64,000 bases of DNA from Giardia intestinalis. Taxonomy: Eukaryota. The stretch is from the NCBI GenBank assembly GCA_000002435.2, contig CM018791.1. One strand, written 5' to 3'. Both the position numbers and the translations under genes were made by a program. The notes below the pieces were generated by a model. That model worked only from the letters and a program-made list of their open reading frames with translations, searched no databases and had not been told where the DNA came from. This document shows, one piece after another, positions 32,714 through 43,808 of this stretch (its first letter is position 1; each line of letters begins with the position of its first letter).

Positions 32714-34087
32714 ATGCGTAAATCAGTGCCGCAAAATATAATGATATATGACGGCGATGAAGTGTGCGACGTTTGCCTTTGTGGAGACTTCAATAGCGAC
32801 AACCAGATAGTATTTTGCGACTCGTGTAACTGTGCTGTCCACCAGGCGTGTTATGGGATTTCTGACGCCGAGGTTGCTGCAGATCGCTGGCTCTGCAAAG
32901 CCTGCGCCCAGGAGTTCGAAGGCCCCTGCTTTCTCTGTGGATTCTCCTTGTCTGGCTTTAGCAGCAAGGAGTATGTCATAATCGGGAGGCCAGCGGCGAC
33001 GAGGTTTGTTCACTGCCTATGCTTCCGGATATTTCCCTCTCTGGTGTATTCCCCGGACGACTCAACAATTCAGATAACCCCCGCAGCCCACTTACGATTG
33101 GAGTCCATGCGGGAGCAATTTAAGAAACGGCCTTGCCTTTGGTGTGCGAGCAAGCCGACCAGCAACGGGATCACGATGGTATGTCGTGCCCCAACTGGAT
33201 GCACTAGTAGCTACCATCCCCTGTGCCTGGTCCTAGCGGGCGGGGGAATATGGGAGGAGGGGTTCGATACATACGATGTTATCCATGCCCTATGCCCCAC
33301 GCACGTAAGCTACAATTGGGCAACGTGGCGACAACAGAAAGTGGCCAGCGGCTCTTTTGACAACGCCATGGCTGAGGTCCAGAGCCTGTTGTTAAATCCT
33401 CCCCTTAAGCAGTCGCTGCGTCAGAACACTGCGACCGCCTACAAGATAGGGGCCCACACTGTGCGAGACTATGGAACCGTTTCAACGGAAGGCTTCATGC
33501 TTATGGGGTTTCTCGACGATGTGCATCAGGAAGCAGCCGCCCAGTATCCACTCTGCGTCACGTCGTATCAGGGTAGGGCCTCTGAACCGTATGCTTTGGG
33601 CACACACGAAGCAGCCCTTCTTAAGCATCTTCAAATAACTGCAAGACTAACGACGTCATGCCCGCGATGCATCCGAGCAGGGGATTCCCTTCGACTGATT
33701 GACGATGGTGCTCTTGTTACTGCTTTGGAGCGTCAGTTTGCGAGCTGCAGCTCTCTATCCGAGCTGCTGGCGCAATCTCTTGCGTGCGTATCTGCAATTA
33801 GCTCCTCCATATTTGCTTCCCTGTCCCTAGTTCCAGGTATGCTTTTGTGGCGGTCGTTCTCCTCGGACAAGGCGTTGTTGGGCTCGGATGCCCATCCACA
33901 GACCCTCGATGGATATGATGCCACTTTTACCATTCCCTGCCTCGAGCTTTACTTGGCAGTTCTACAGCATCCAGTGACCATCTTTCTGATCCCTGGAGAC
34001 GGTGACACCGACACCGTGAGTGCAACGATTCTACGACCTCCAGTCGCAGTCACAGGCTGCAACCTTCTGTTAAGAAAGGGCAGTTAG
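32714..34087 (+). CDS. PHD-finger protein with a PHD / Zn-knuckle / extended-PHD (PZP-like) arrangement, 457 aa
   Basis: CDVCLCGD...IVFCDSCNCAVHQACYGI...WLCKAC matches C4HC3. A second Cys/His cluster is CLWCASK...CRAPTGCTSSYHPLC...HALCPTH. Confidence 0.7.
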   Translation: MRKSVPQNIMIYDGDEVCDVCLCGDFNSDNQIVFCDSCNCAVHQACYGISDAEVAADRWLCKACAQEFEGPCFLCGFSLSGFSSKEYVIIGRPAATRFVHCLCFRIFPSLVYSPDDSTIQITPAAHLRLESMREQFKKRPCLWCASKPTSNGITMVCRAPTGCTSSYHPLCLVLAGGGIWEEGFDTYDVIHALCPTHVSYNWATWRQQKVASGSFDNAMAEVQSLLLNPPLKQSLRQNTATAYKIGAHTVRDYGTVSTEGFMLMGFLDDVHQEAAAQYPLCVTSYQGRASEPYALGTHEAALLKHLQITARLTTSCPRCIRAGDSLRLIDDGALVTALERQFASCSSLSELLAQSLACVSAISSSIFASLSLVPGMLLWRSFSSDKALLGSDAHPQTLDGYDATFTIPCLELYLAVLQHPVTIFLIPGDGDTDTVSATILRPPVAVTGCNLLLRKGS

Positions 34088-34600
34088 TAATCCATGTGGT
34101 GCAATTGCGCTACGTAAAGAGGCATGTTTTCCTTTATACCTGATTGACATGGACACCCTGAAATAATGTGCCTATCGATTCACATTGGATATAACTGAGA
34201 CACACATGCCTTAGAGCGCACGGATTGGTGCTTGTGAGCGAGGCTCAGCTTAGCTATGCTATGAGCAATACAGTGGCCCCTGAGCAGCCTGAAGGATGAC
34301 ACGCTTTTCGCCGATTGCTCGGTTTCTCCGCGCCTTAACTACCTCACCTTGTCCCTAGAACCGCTCGTGTCTATGCCCACTTCGGCAGAGAGTTGACTTT
34401 GATGGTTCACTCTGCAGATAAGGCTGTGTTGCCAGACAGAGTTCTGTATCTATGAAGGATGCAAAAACTTTCGGAGATTTGTCTTTGTCTACAATTTCTC
34501 GACGAGGAATATCTCAGCAGCAAATGCTCAGCGTATGCAGTGAAGGTTCTCGCCGTATTTTACCTTCGGCCTCGAGTTAATTTATTCTCGTTCAGAACCG

Positions 34601-37600
34601 ATGCTATCGGTTTTGTATCAAAATGCTATCTCTGAGGCGGAGGATCGGATGCAGGAGCTCGAGGACATCTTACATGAAACGGCAGCCCTTAGCTGCTCTC
34701 CAAACGGGGCAATCATGCTGAAAGATCTCATACAGACCTACAGAGCTCACATGAATGGCCGTGGCATATATGACGGCGAGGAGGGCTCGCTTTACTGCAG
34801 AATATTAAAGCTGAGCACCATGGTTGACGAGGAATTCTGCGCTCTTGCTTTGCGATTGAAGTCGAAGTCTAAGGCGCGCAACTGCGATTCCGCTGGGTCC
34901 CGATTGAGCGTCATCCCACATAGCGAGGGCGTGCCTTACGACCTTTGGAAGAAGTGCCTCAAACAGTATAAGGCTGAGCTGGCCCTTAATATTCTTGTAG
35001 ATGCGTACTCTCACTCTCGATCCAAGCGCCTTGCATTTCAAGGCTTAGTGCATGCTTACAACAGTAGAGCCAGCATGCTACTTCAGCGATCTTCATTCAG
35101 TTTGACCGAACCTGTAGAGGACTACTATTACCAAAGCACTTACTCTTCTGAAACCTCATTAACTCCCGATTCTGCTCTCCAAGATCAGAAAGCATTGCAA
35201 CCGGGTTTACCGGCTAATGAGGTCAACGCTTGTCAAGTTAGCGGGTTTCCATCCGATATTTGCGCTTTCAGCAGTAATCTGGTCGGCGCTAACCAGGCAT
35301 TTCCAAGCCTCGAGTTTCTGAACAGCGTTGCGGCCTCCAATCCTTTTAGAACTCGTGACGACGCAATGATGTCATCTGGCAACTCTGGATCCCAGCTTTT
35401 AGACGCAATAGGTGCAGTTGCAGGCCTGTATACGCAAAGCGAATTCCTTAGTTCACAACTTGGCCACCTCAGCGAATCAAAGGTTGAAGCAATTACTGTC
35501 CGCGAGGAAAAGCTACAAGCCTATGCAGACTGGTTTCAGAAAAAGATTTCACTCAAGCGCACACAACAGGCTTTGACCGCATGGAGACAGAAGTATCTAC
35601 GTGGCCTCGATCTGGAGGCACAGGTCCGCGAGAGCGTACTTCGTGCCGATCATCTCCTTGCGCGTACATTTGGTGCCATGCGATTGCACTTCTTGCGGTG
35701 GCAGCGGCTACTTCCCATTGCAAAAGAGTTTCATAGAGCACACCAGGCTCAATTTATAGCCACTGCCTTCAGTGCTTGGCGAGAGGCCACACGACTCATA
35801 AGCCCATATATTCTTCTCGAGCGACTCTATGAGGGAAGTGACAGACAGCTCCGCGATAGCAGGCGCACTCTTCCTCGAGACCTCGCTCTTTCGTCTGGCT
35901 TACAAGACCCCCGTCCATTGGAGACTAGCATGTCATTTTTATCTGTTTTGGGGATAACACCCCAGTTCATAGAGCAACGCCAGAAAAATCGGGTCCTGCA
36001 ATTTATTCGCTGTGCCCTTTGGCTCACGGCATACGTCCCCTCTTTGAGGAATGCCCACGCTGTGCTACTAAATGTGCACGCGCGCAGCCTTTATACGGCA
36101 TATCTGCAGGCGCTGAAAGAGGAAAGCGATCAACAAGGTCTTCCGGAAAAAGACCCCCAGGTCAGAAACAACGCAATGGTAGTCTTTCTTCAAACGCTGT
36201 TCTCTATGAAGCCTCATTTAATTTCTGGCATGCTTCCCATTACTATTAGCTCCCTGCGCCGAAACGTCGATTATCTGCGCGCCATACACGCCGCCAATGC
36301 CTATCAGCTTTTCGTCATGGAGGCCGGCTTCAACGCCTTTCGGAGGCACGCACACACTTCCAAGCTAGCGCTCTCCAAGCGCATAAAAGCTATTACGTTT
36401 GCGCGGTTCCGAAAGGGAGTGCGCTTGTTCCAATTTGATTGCATCGCACTTGAGCGGTACAATCAATTTCTGATCGGTCGTTTGTTTGATGCTATGCGTA
36501 CTAAAGTGCACTTTTCGCGCACAATGCAAACTATTGCTTCGCGTCTGAACTTAAATCTTATGCGGCGAAGCCTTAGGATGATGCATGACGTTTATCTCTT
36601 CCAACTTGTGCTTAGTCGAAATGAGGAGGCGCTTGTTACAAGGTCCAACTATACGCTCTTATCTACCGCATTTAGAAACTTGCATACACGATATGTAATC
36701 CTCTATCTGGTGCGATACCAGAATGCATCCATCTTGCGTGACTACTATCTCTATCGGAGAGCCTTTGAGTCCATTCTGCAAGTCCACGATCGACAGATGC
36801 GTGGAGAAGCCATTTACTCTAAAAGCTGTCTCAGTCTAATGCACCGCACGCTTTCAGGTATACTAGAGGCATCCAGTACCCAAAGACTTCGGTACGAACT
36901 AGCGTCTGGTCATTATACAAATATACTAGTCCGGGTACGGAATACTGTTTTTAGGCAGTGGAGGTGGCGCACAGCCGATGTGCGTGATTTGATACTTATA
37001 GCCGGGGAGCAGATAGCAGCTGTCGAAAGAGACTACAAGGCGCGCGCGTTTCAAGCATGGAGAGGAGTTTTCCAAGAGTTCCGGTCTTGTGAGCAATACC
37101 TGTCCCAGAAAGAGGGCACTCGGGTTCTTCGCACGGCGTATCGTGAGCTTTCTTGGCTATTTGGTCTTGCTCGAACAGCTGACAGACATAACAACATCCG
37201 TGAGCACCAGCGCAACATCTATGTGGCGGGAAAGATATTTCGGTCTATGCGCCAACTGTCTGCCCAAAAGGCTTTCAAGCGCAAAGAGATCGCAGAGGAG
37301 CTCCGTCGTAGATATAATGGCTACCTGCTTAAGCAGGCCATGCAAACGATCCTCTTGGCAATAAAGGGAATCGCTTTAACCCGGTTGGTCAACAGATGCC
37401 TTCTTCAGAGGTTCTTTTCCAATCTTGTGCAACAACACAGAGAGCTCATTCGTGAGCGGAATACAGAGCACAGAGTCAAAAACGGACTGGCACACTTGTC
37501 TGCCGAACAGATTGAGCGGCTAAAATCCAATGTGGCGACCTTGCTGAGCACGTTTGCCGATAGTGAGAAGACCTTCAATCACCAGCTCAATGCACACGTA

Positions 37601-39100
37601 TCTAAGGGAGATTTGATGAGCCTTCGCGGGTATCTTCTACAGTGGAAGCTCTATGCCAAAAAGAGCAGCAAACTTACTCAGCAGGAGGGCGCGGTAGTCA
37701 GCATTGTTACGACCCATGTGCTGAGCCTTGCGTGGCGTTCATGGCGGGCAGCCCTCGCCCTTGTCCAAAAAGGGCATGACATAGAGGTTCTGGTGGACGC
37801 TCGTCTATTGCGCCAGGCATGGGTGTGCATGCAAGCCTTGCTTTTTCATCTTCAGTACTGCGAAGTAGCTATTGAGCAGCGGACTCGCACCAGGTTACTG
37901 CGCTATACGCTTGATCATTTAGTTTATTCCCTGTCACTTTCACGCAGAGTTGTCAGTGTCTCCAGGCTAGCATACGTCCGAAGTGCGCGCGCTGTTTTTG
38001 CAGCACTAAGACACCGGCTAGCAGCGCTGCAGAAACTTCATAGCCTTATTTCTGCCTCTGCACGGAGGGCTGTTCTGCGCGTATATTTTAGACACTTAGC
38101 AGAGATATATCATACAAATCAGCGCATCAATCTACTAACTCGTCGATCCAATCTTTCGTGTCTAAAGAGAGCGTTTGCGCAGCTTGTTAACTCACATAGA
38201 CTCAGGGTCTTAGAAGCTAACCTTACATCACTTACTATCTGTCGCCTAAAGCGCGCAGCATTTTCTGTATGGACTCACAAGAATCGCAGGTCCGCACAGC
38301 TCCAACGAAGCTGCGATATGGCTCGCATTAGTATGGATAGCTGCTTAACTAAGCGGGCGTTCTTCGTGTGGGTCACGCGCTGCAAGCACCGCCTTAAGAT
38401 TGCTGCCTTGCAGGAGGATCTTTGTAGACGCCTGAACAAGCACCTTCTTCGCCAAGCATACGAGACCATCGTGGCCCGGGCAGAGGAGTTCCTCTTAAAT
38501 GAACAGTTGGTGCGAGGACTCTACTACTTACGTACTATGCGGGCATCCATGGATGCCCTGGTGACCTATGCTGCTGCCAAGAAGACTCAACGCACCGAGG
38601 CCGAGGCAGCTGCCGATGTCTTTAGAAGAACTGCACTTCTTAGACGATGCATGCTTTCTGGGCGCCGGAACTTAGCCAACAAGCAAACCATGCTTGCAGC
38701 GGCAGTGCGCTATGAGGAGACTCTAAAGCGGAAGGAACTTTCACTGATCTTTCAGCATTGGTTCGACAAAGCCCAGTTTCTTGCCGCTGCGGAAAGGCGA
38801 GTCTTGCCACTTTCCTATCGGTGGGCGCTCCCTGTCCACTTTTGGGCCTGGCTGTCTCTTGCACGGGCCATCTTACATCATAGACGGTACACAAAGCAGA
38901 CGTACCTCCGTCATTTACATAGGTACACTGATGCAGTAAACCGCATGAAAAGGCAAATGCGGACAAATAATCTACTAAAGCAAAAGGCAGACCACCTCAT
39001 CTCTGTGCAAAATAGAAAGTGCATGTTCGACGCGCTTCGCACAATGATGGATCAGTACTCCCGCCGGACTGGGGAGTGTGAGCACTGGCTGCTCACATAG
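34601..39100 (+). CDS. Large alpha-helical protein (1499 aa) with many Sfi1-like repeats of the form A-F/L-x-x-W-R/K
   Basis: Recurrent motifs include ALTAWRQKYL, AFSAWREATRL, AFQAWRGVFQEF, LAWRSWRAAL, AFSVWTHKNRR, AFFVWVTRCKHR and FQHWFDKAQF. The sequence is Arg/Leu-rich. Confidence 0.55.
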   Translation: MLSVLYQNAISEAEDRMQELEDILHETAALSCSPNGAIMLKDLIQTYRAHMNGRGIYDGEEGSLYCRILKLSTMVDEEFCALALRLKSKSKARNCDSAGSRLSVIPHSEGVPYDLWKKCLKQYKAELALNILVDAYSHSRSKRLAFQGLVHAYNSRASMLLQRSSFSLTEPVEDYYYQSTYSSETSLTPDSALQDQKALQPGLPANEVNACQVSGFPSDICAFSSNLVGANQAFPSLEFLNSVAASNPFRTRDDAMMSSGNSGSQLLDAIGAVAGLYTQSEFLSSQLGHLSESKVEAITVREEKLQAYADWFQKKISLKRTQQALTAWRQKYLRGLDLEAQVRESVLRADHLLARTFGAMRLHFLRWQRLLPIAKEFHRAHQAQFIATAFSAWREATRLISPYILLERLYEGSDRQLRDSRRTLPRDLALSSGLQDPRPLETSMSFLSVLGITPQFIEQRQKNRVLQFIRCALWLTAYVPSLRNAHAVLLNVHARSLYTAYLQALKEESDQQGLPEKDPQVRNNAMVVFLQTLFSMKPHLISGMLPITISSLRRNVDYLRAIHAANAYQLFVMEAGFNAFRRHAHTSKLALSKRIKAITFARFRKGVRLFQFDCIALERYNQFLIGRLFDAMRTKVHFSRTMQTIASRLNLNLMRRSLRMMHDVYLFQLVLSRNEEALVTRSNYTLLSTAFRNLHTRYVILYLVRYQNASILRDYYLYRRAFESILQVHDRQMRGEAIYSKSCLSLMHRTLSGILEASSTQRLRYELASGHYTNILVRVRNTVFRQWRWRTADVRDLILIAGEQIAAVERDYKARAFQAWRGVFQEFRSCEQYLSQKEGTRVLRTAYRELSWLFGLARTADRHNNIREHQRNIYVAGKIFRSMRQLSAQKAFKRKEIAEELRRRYNGYLLKQAMQTILLAIKGIALTRLVNRCLLQRFFSNLVQQHRELIRERNTEHRVKNGLAHLSAEQIERLKSNVATLLSTFADSEKTFNHQLNAHVSKGDLMSLRGYLLQWKLYAKKSSKLTQQEGAVVSIVTTHVLSLAWRSWRAALALVQKGHDIEVLVDARLLRQAWVCMQALLFHLQYCEVAIEQRTRTRLLRYTLDHLVYSLSLSRRVVSVSRLAYVRSARAVFAALRHRLAALQKLHSLISASARRAVLRVYFRHLAEIYHTNQRINLLTRRSNLSCLKRAFAQLVNSHRLRVLEANLTSLTICRLKRAAFSVWTHKNRRSAQLQRSCDMARISMDSCLTKRAFFVWVTRCKHRLKIAALQEDLCRRLNKHLLRQAYETIVARAEEFLLNEQLVRGLYYLRTMRASMDALVTYAAAKKTQRTEAEAAADVFRRTALLRRCMLSGRRNLANKQTMLAAAVRYEETLKRKELSLIFQHWFDKAQFLAAAERRVLPLSYRWALPVHFWAWLSLARAILHHRRYTKQTYLRHLHRYTDAVNRMKRQMRTNNLLKQKADHLISVQNRKCMFDALRTMMDQYSRRTGECEHWLLT

Positions 39101-41081
39101 GGCCGACTGTATCTAGAAATTCGTCTTCAAAACGTATAACCTGTTTAATTTGTGCCTGCGTTCCCTCCTTGAGGAGCCCGAAGATCTCGCGCAGTAGGGT
39201 CTGGTAGTGATTAATCCAGGTGTCTGGGACCCTGGATTCGTCACAGTTTTCGCTTGTATTAACAAGAAGGGTGTTTATAGAAACTCGTTTCTTCATGTTT
39301 TCTGTTGACTCTGCATAGAGTTCGTAGCTGAAGTAGGACTGTACAGACGTGCACAGCAGCTGTAAATGCCCCCGAGTGTCCATGCCCAGATACATGCCAT
39401 AGACGATATCTCGAAATATGCCGTAAAAGGTGTACAGCTCCAAGTCGCTCTCTATGTTCAGGAGCAATTCGGCAAATATGTTTGGGGGCATCACGTCGTT
39501 GTGAAAGGCGTCCCAGAGCTGCAGGGCAGCGTGCTGTGCAGGCCCTGCTTTCAGTTTTTGATGTAGATAGCCCCTTCTGGCGTCCATGATAGATCGTATA
39601 CTAGGAATGAGCTGCTCTATAATTCGCATTCTACTTCCACCACCCTGTCGTATGCCTGATACCAAGGTGGCTAGCTCTGCGGTTCTATCCGGGGGATCGT
39701 ACACAGAGCGGACGGCGGACTCCATTTGGACCTGCTCCTTAACTGCGGTCACCACTTTTTCACGCACAGCGCTGGAGCTCTGAGGCGCATGCTGAGCAGA
39801 ATGGTCTAGAATGGTGTGCGCCATGCTGACTGCCTTTAACTGAGATAACTTGTCTAGTGCAACCTTGCGAGCAGGCATTCTGGGCTCTTCTATTTGTGCT
39901 ATGCTAGGGGATTCCTTTATGGAGACTGCATGTTCCTCTGCCTGTTCTGGATGCTTTTCAACCATTTGCTTATCGGCCTTTGCCAATTTAGCCTGCGCTG
40001 GCTCCGTATGCGTAGGAGATGCCGCACTCTCCAGGTTGTTCCCACACTTTCGTGCAAGGCTCTTTAGCTTTGCCTTGAGAGTTTCATAGTCCTGTAATAC
40101 TTGAATTTCGCTCATATTTGGAGATATTCTGTACTCGTCAGTATCGCCCTTCAAAGCATGCTGTGTGACGTGCTTGAGACTATGAAAATCTGCAAGGCAT
40201 GGAAGAAATGCCACGGCCAGCGGCCAGCGAAACCCCGGTAAAGGCATGGTCTTTTTGCCGCATTTGGCGAACTTCTCTGCTAAGAACTGTCCGTTGGGTC
40301 TGGTTTCCATGTTAGACTGGTAACTATTCAGCAAGCTAACTAATTGCCTGATGAGCTTCCTGGTTTCGGCTTGGGGAAGTCCGTAAATGGTCCTTTCCGA
40401 AACCGGGGTCCAACCTCGTTTAGTGTATACGACAACTGGGTATGTTTGTGGTGCCTTGGAGTATGTAAGAGTGTATGAAGACTTTTGTGACTGCCGCGAA
40501 TCAGTCGTGGCTAGGCACTCATATTTGGTCAGCCCCGGCGACCACGCGATAGCTGTATTCGACATCAGCTTCTCCTTGTTCTCGTTAAAGATGCGGTTCA
40601 CAGAGGTGAGCACATAGGGGAGCCACTCTTCCTCCTTGTCGACATCAGATATTGTCCGCTGCAATGAAACGCGCGCACTCCCATCGCGCCGCTTCAGGAA
40701 GATTCCTCCGCTCCCGTCCAATTCGAAAGAGAAGCGTAGATCCATCTCCTCATTTTCGAACGCCCCCTGTTGGGAGCCCAGAGTCGACTTTGTCAGAAGA
40801 TCCAGGAGCGAAACTGGCAAATGCAGCGTAATCCCGTTCTCGCTGCGCAAACTCGCCCACATCCGCTCTATGCAATCCAGAAAAGATACTGCGTCATTGT
40901 TCAGTTTGTTCCGGAGCCTTTTGGCAAGTTGTGTCCCTGCTGATCCGCCTAAAAGGGTTAACACGCTCTGCAATGCAGATATGACTATCTTGCACTCTTC
41001 AGATGAATATAATTTTACTGACTCCTCATCATTGTCTGTGTCCTGACGTAGGAAGAGATAGGTTTGCTCGGTGAACTCCAT
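39093..41081 (-). CDS. Hypothetical protein, 662 aa
   Basis: A long ORF with ATG at 41081. The 3' end overlaps the preceding convergent gene by 8 nt. No recognisable domain. Confidence 0.55.
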   Translation of the reverse strand: MEFTEQTYLFLRQDTDNDEESVKLYSSEECKIVISALQSVLTLLGGSAGTQLAKRLRNKLNNDAVSFLDCIERMWASLRSENGITLHLPVSLLDLLTKSTLGSQQGAFENEEMDLRFSFELDGSGGIFLKRRDGSARVSLQRTISDVDKEEEWLPYVLTSVNRIFNENKEKLMSNTAIAWSPGLTKYECLATTDSRQSQKSSYTLTYSKAPQTYPVVVYTKRGWTPVSERTIYGLPQAETRKLIRQLVSLLNSYQSNMETRPNGQFLAEKFAKCGKKTMPLPGFRWPLAVAFLPCLADFHSLKHVTQHALKGDTDEYRISPNMSEIQVLQDYETLKAKLKSLARKCGNNLESAASPTHTEPAQAKLAKADKQMVEKHPEQAEEHAVSIKESPSIAQIEEPRMPARKVALDKLSQLKAVSMAHTILDHSAQHAPQSSSAVREKVVTAVKEQVQMESAVRSVYDPPDRTAELATLVSGIRQGGGSRMRIIEQLIPSIRSIMDARRGYLHQKLKAGPAQHAALQLWDAFHNDVMPPNIFAELLLNIESDLELYTFYGIFRDIVYGMYLGMDTRGHLQLLCTSVQSYFSYELYAESTENMKKRVSINTLLVNTSENCDESRVPDTWINHYQTLLREIFGLLKEGTQAQIKQVIRFEDEFLDTVGPM

Positions 41082-41148
41082 TAAGCTTTGTTTTATGCAT
41101 TATGGCGTATTATTTTAGCTGTTCACTGCATTCTGGAACACATACGAA

Positions 41149-41883
41149 ATGACCCATGTGGCGCTAGACGACGAGGCCCGGCATGAGATCTATCTATGGG
41201 TCGACGGAATACCCCTTTCAAGGTCTAAGGGCTACATCTCGCGCGACTTTGCCGATGGCGTGCTGCTTGCAGAGGTTATCCATCACTTTCTCCCCAAGCT
41301 TGTGGAGCTTCACAACTATCAATCTACGACTAACTCCGAGGCCAAGAGAAAGAACTGGGAGACCCTACAGCAGAAGGTGCTCAAAAGGCTCCAGCTTAAG
41401 CTGAGCGCCGACGAGATTGATGCGCTCATTTCTGCAAAGCCAGGCGCAATTGAACGCGTGCTGATCCGGGTTCGCTCGGCCATTATGCGCGTAAGTGCAA
41501 GAAGCGAGGAGCATCCTTCGAGATCCGACCCGCGAGGAGACGAGCATCGCCTTCAAAGGCATCTTTCGGCCCCCAGTCGCTCAGCTCCTTCCGTAGCTAC
41601 TGCTTCTGCTGCAAACCAGCAGCATACGCCCGCTCCTGCACCTACCCTTCGAGTGGCTCCTCCTCCCCAGCCCCCTCCAGTCAGCAACACTTCTATTGGC
41701 TTGGCCGACCTGCACGACGGATCAAGCATTGCTAACGGAGACCTCATGGAAGAGAACACTCTCCTCAAACAGAAGATTGCCACGTTGGAAAAACTTCTTG
41801 CGGTGAAGAACGAGCGAATACTAGCCCTTGAGAGGAAAATAGAGCATCTTGAAGTAAAGCTCAAGCAGCGCAATGGCGCATAA
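41149..41883 (+). CDS. SPEF1/CLAMP-type calponin-homology (CH, DUF1042) microtubule/flagellar protein, 244 aa
   Basis: N-terminus LWVDGIPLSRSKGYISRDFADGVLLAEVIHHFLPKLVELHNY...NWETLQQKVLKRL matches the SPEF1 CH domain. There is a C-terminal coiled coil. Confidence 0.75.
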   Translation: MTHVALDDEARHEIYLWVDGIPLSRSKGYISRDFADGVLLAEVIHHFLPKLVELHNYQSTTNSEAKRKNWETLQQKVLKRLQLKLSADEIDALISAKPGAIERVLIRVRSAIMRVSARSEEHPSRSDPRGDEHRLQRHLSAPSRSAPSVATASAANQQHTPAPAPTLRVAPPPQPPPVSNTSIGLADLHDGSSIANGDLMEENTLLKQKIATLEKLLAVKNERILALERKIEHLEVKLKQRNGA

Positions 41884-41888
41884 CTCAT

Positions 41889-43808
41889 TTACTCTAACAG
41901 GGCCGCTGATGACCTGTCCCACAAGGGCTTTAGTTTTTCCCCAAGCTGATCCCATGGAAAGTCATCCTTCTTGACCTCCTGTTGGTTTGATTCTGAAACA
42001 ATGGGATTCGTGGCCTCTCGAGCTTCCCTGACTTCTTTGATTGGCGCTCCGCTTTCATTGGAGGCCGCCCCTATACTGTACTCCCTGCCATCCGTATACA
42101 TCGGAGCAGGGGCTGTCTTGAAATAACCTACCTCACCGGATTCAGGTTCAGCTCCGGACTGAGACATAGCTAAACCGGGCATGGTGGTTGTTCTTGTGGA
42201 GGAGAAGCCGTCCAGGAACTCTAGAGGCATTTTGACGGCCTGCTGAGAGGAGAATGGATCGATCTCTCCGAAGGATAATGGCGTCTCGTTGCGATTAATA
42301 CCGACGGCATTCTGCATGCCGCCGTACGGTGCGTACGCAGTAAACGAAGCATCGACTCCGAGTGGCATGGTATGCTGCATACTGTTGGGTACGAAGTTCA
42401 AGAAGCTGGGCACATGATGCATCTGCCCTTGAAAGCACATGCCCATGTTCGATATGGAGTTACCGCCGTTGCTCATATTGGAAGGGTACCCAACGTTAAT
42501 GCTATGATTGCACGACATGCTGGTTCCGTTGTGCGACAGTCCAGCGGGGTACTGACGGTGGTCATCGGTAGGTGGTACAGACTGCTGTCCCGCAGGAGGG
42601 ATGTTTTCGATGTACAGACCCGCTGAATGAGGCTGCTGCAGAGGAGTCCCGTTATCAGCAACCATGATAGGGGACGATTCATAACTTAACCGGTTACTCC
42701 GATGCGGAAACATGTTTCCTTGGGGGGCACCCACATAGTTATTAAGCGGCTGATCCTGCCTGAGCTGTTGATACATGGTCAGAGGAATGTGCTTAGAAAA
42801 ATCCCCGGAGGCAAGGGTATTGACCCCGCGCCAGTTCGGCGCATGCTGGGCCTGTGTTCTAAGATAATAAGAATTGGGGATCAAGGACGGGTCTGGAATG
42901 CTCGATAAGCCCAGGCCGCTGCCGTCCAGCACTTGCTTATTACCTCCAATGTCAATAGACGGAAAGGATAACCGCATGTTGTCACTGAGATGGGAGTCCA
43001 GACTTGCCCCCTCGCCCTCTTCGTATCCAACCGGGGTCTGCACCTCGGTGCCGTATGTGCGCGGCGTATAGTAGCCAGGGGTAGACGCGTGTGAGTGCAT
43101 TGTGCTGGTAAAGCCTACACTATGCGCTCCTGGGCCTATGTTAATATCGCTGTGGGACCCCCTGCTTTGTGGCGTGAGGGCTCCCATCCTGGATCCCGGC
43201 AAGCCAACAATGCTAGATCCGTGCGTTTTCTGCCCGTTGTATGCTACGTAATTCGGAGATGACGCGCCAGAAGTGCCCGAGTACATTAGCGTGCTTCCCT
43301 TCGTCCGACGCGCACAGAACTCATCTGTTATGTCTAGTCTTGTCTTCTTTCCAGAAAGAGATACTCCTGCCTTCATCATCGCCATCTTCACCGCCTTACT
43401 CCGGAGGATATTGTTATATGTCATAGTAAATTCCGCGCGATGGTACTCCTTGCTCATTCTGCTCTTGATTCGTGCTTGAAAATCGCTTGCCAGAATGCTT
43501 TTGTCCTCGATCCCTTTCAAGATCATATCTCTAATTATCTCTTTGTCATCAAAGGTGACCTTGGCATCTATAATCTTACGCAGATGGGTTTCATAATACC
43601 AGTGGTACGCACGGTTTCGATCGATGTTGACTGCTGAGGACACCTCCAGCCAGTTCACCCGCATTTGCGAAACATACCGATGAAGTATAAGAGGCTCGTT
43701 AAAAATAGTTTCAAACGGTGGGTGGTGGGGATTATTCCGCTCGATATATTTGGCGAGGGAACGCAAAATATCACGGTGCTGCTCGTCGTACGTAGAAGGA
43801 ATTGGCAT
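41889..43808 (-). CDS. Hypothetical protein with a globular N-terminal domain and a long S/G/P/N/Q/M-rich disordered tail
   Basis: The ORF-track start at 43862 is a TTG; the first ATG (MPIPSTYDE) is at 43808. AGTAAAT overlaps its stop codon. Confidence 0.5.
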   Translation of the reverse strand: MPIPSTYDEQHRDILRSLAKYIERNNPHHPPFETIFNEPLILHRYVSQMRVNWLEVSSAVNIDRNRAYHWYYETHLRKIIDAKVTFDDKEIIRDMILKGIEDKSILASDFQARIKSRMSKEYHRAEFTMTYNNILRSKAVKMAMMKAGVSLSGKKTRLDITDEFCARRTKGSTLMYSGTSGASSPNYVAYNGQKTHGSSIVGLPGSRMGALTPQSRGSHSDINIGPGAHSVGFTSTMHSHASTPGYYTPRTYGTEVQTPVGYEEGEGASLDSHLSDNMRLSFPSIDIGGNKQVLDGSGLGLSSIPDPSLIPNSYYLRTQAQHAPNWRGVNTLASGDFSKHIPLTMYQQLRQDQPLNNYVGAPQGNMFPHRSNRLSYESSPIMVADNGTPLQQPHSAGLYIENIPPAGQQSVPPTDDHRQYPAGLSHNGTSMSCNHSINVGYPSNMSNGGNSISNMGMCFQGQMHHVPSFLNFVPNSMQHTMPLGVDASFTAYAPYGGMQNAVGINRNETPLSFGEIDPFSSQQAVKMPLEFLDGFSSTRTTTMPGLAMSQSGAEPESGEVGYFKTAPAPMYTDGREYSIGAASNESGAPIKEVREAREATNPIVSESNQQEVKKDDFPWDQLGEKLKPLWDRSSAALLE

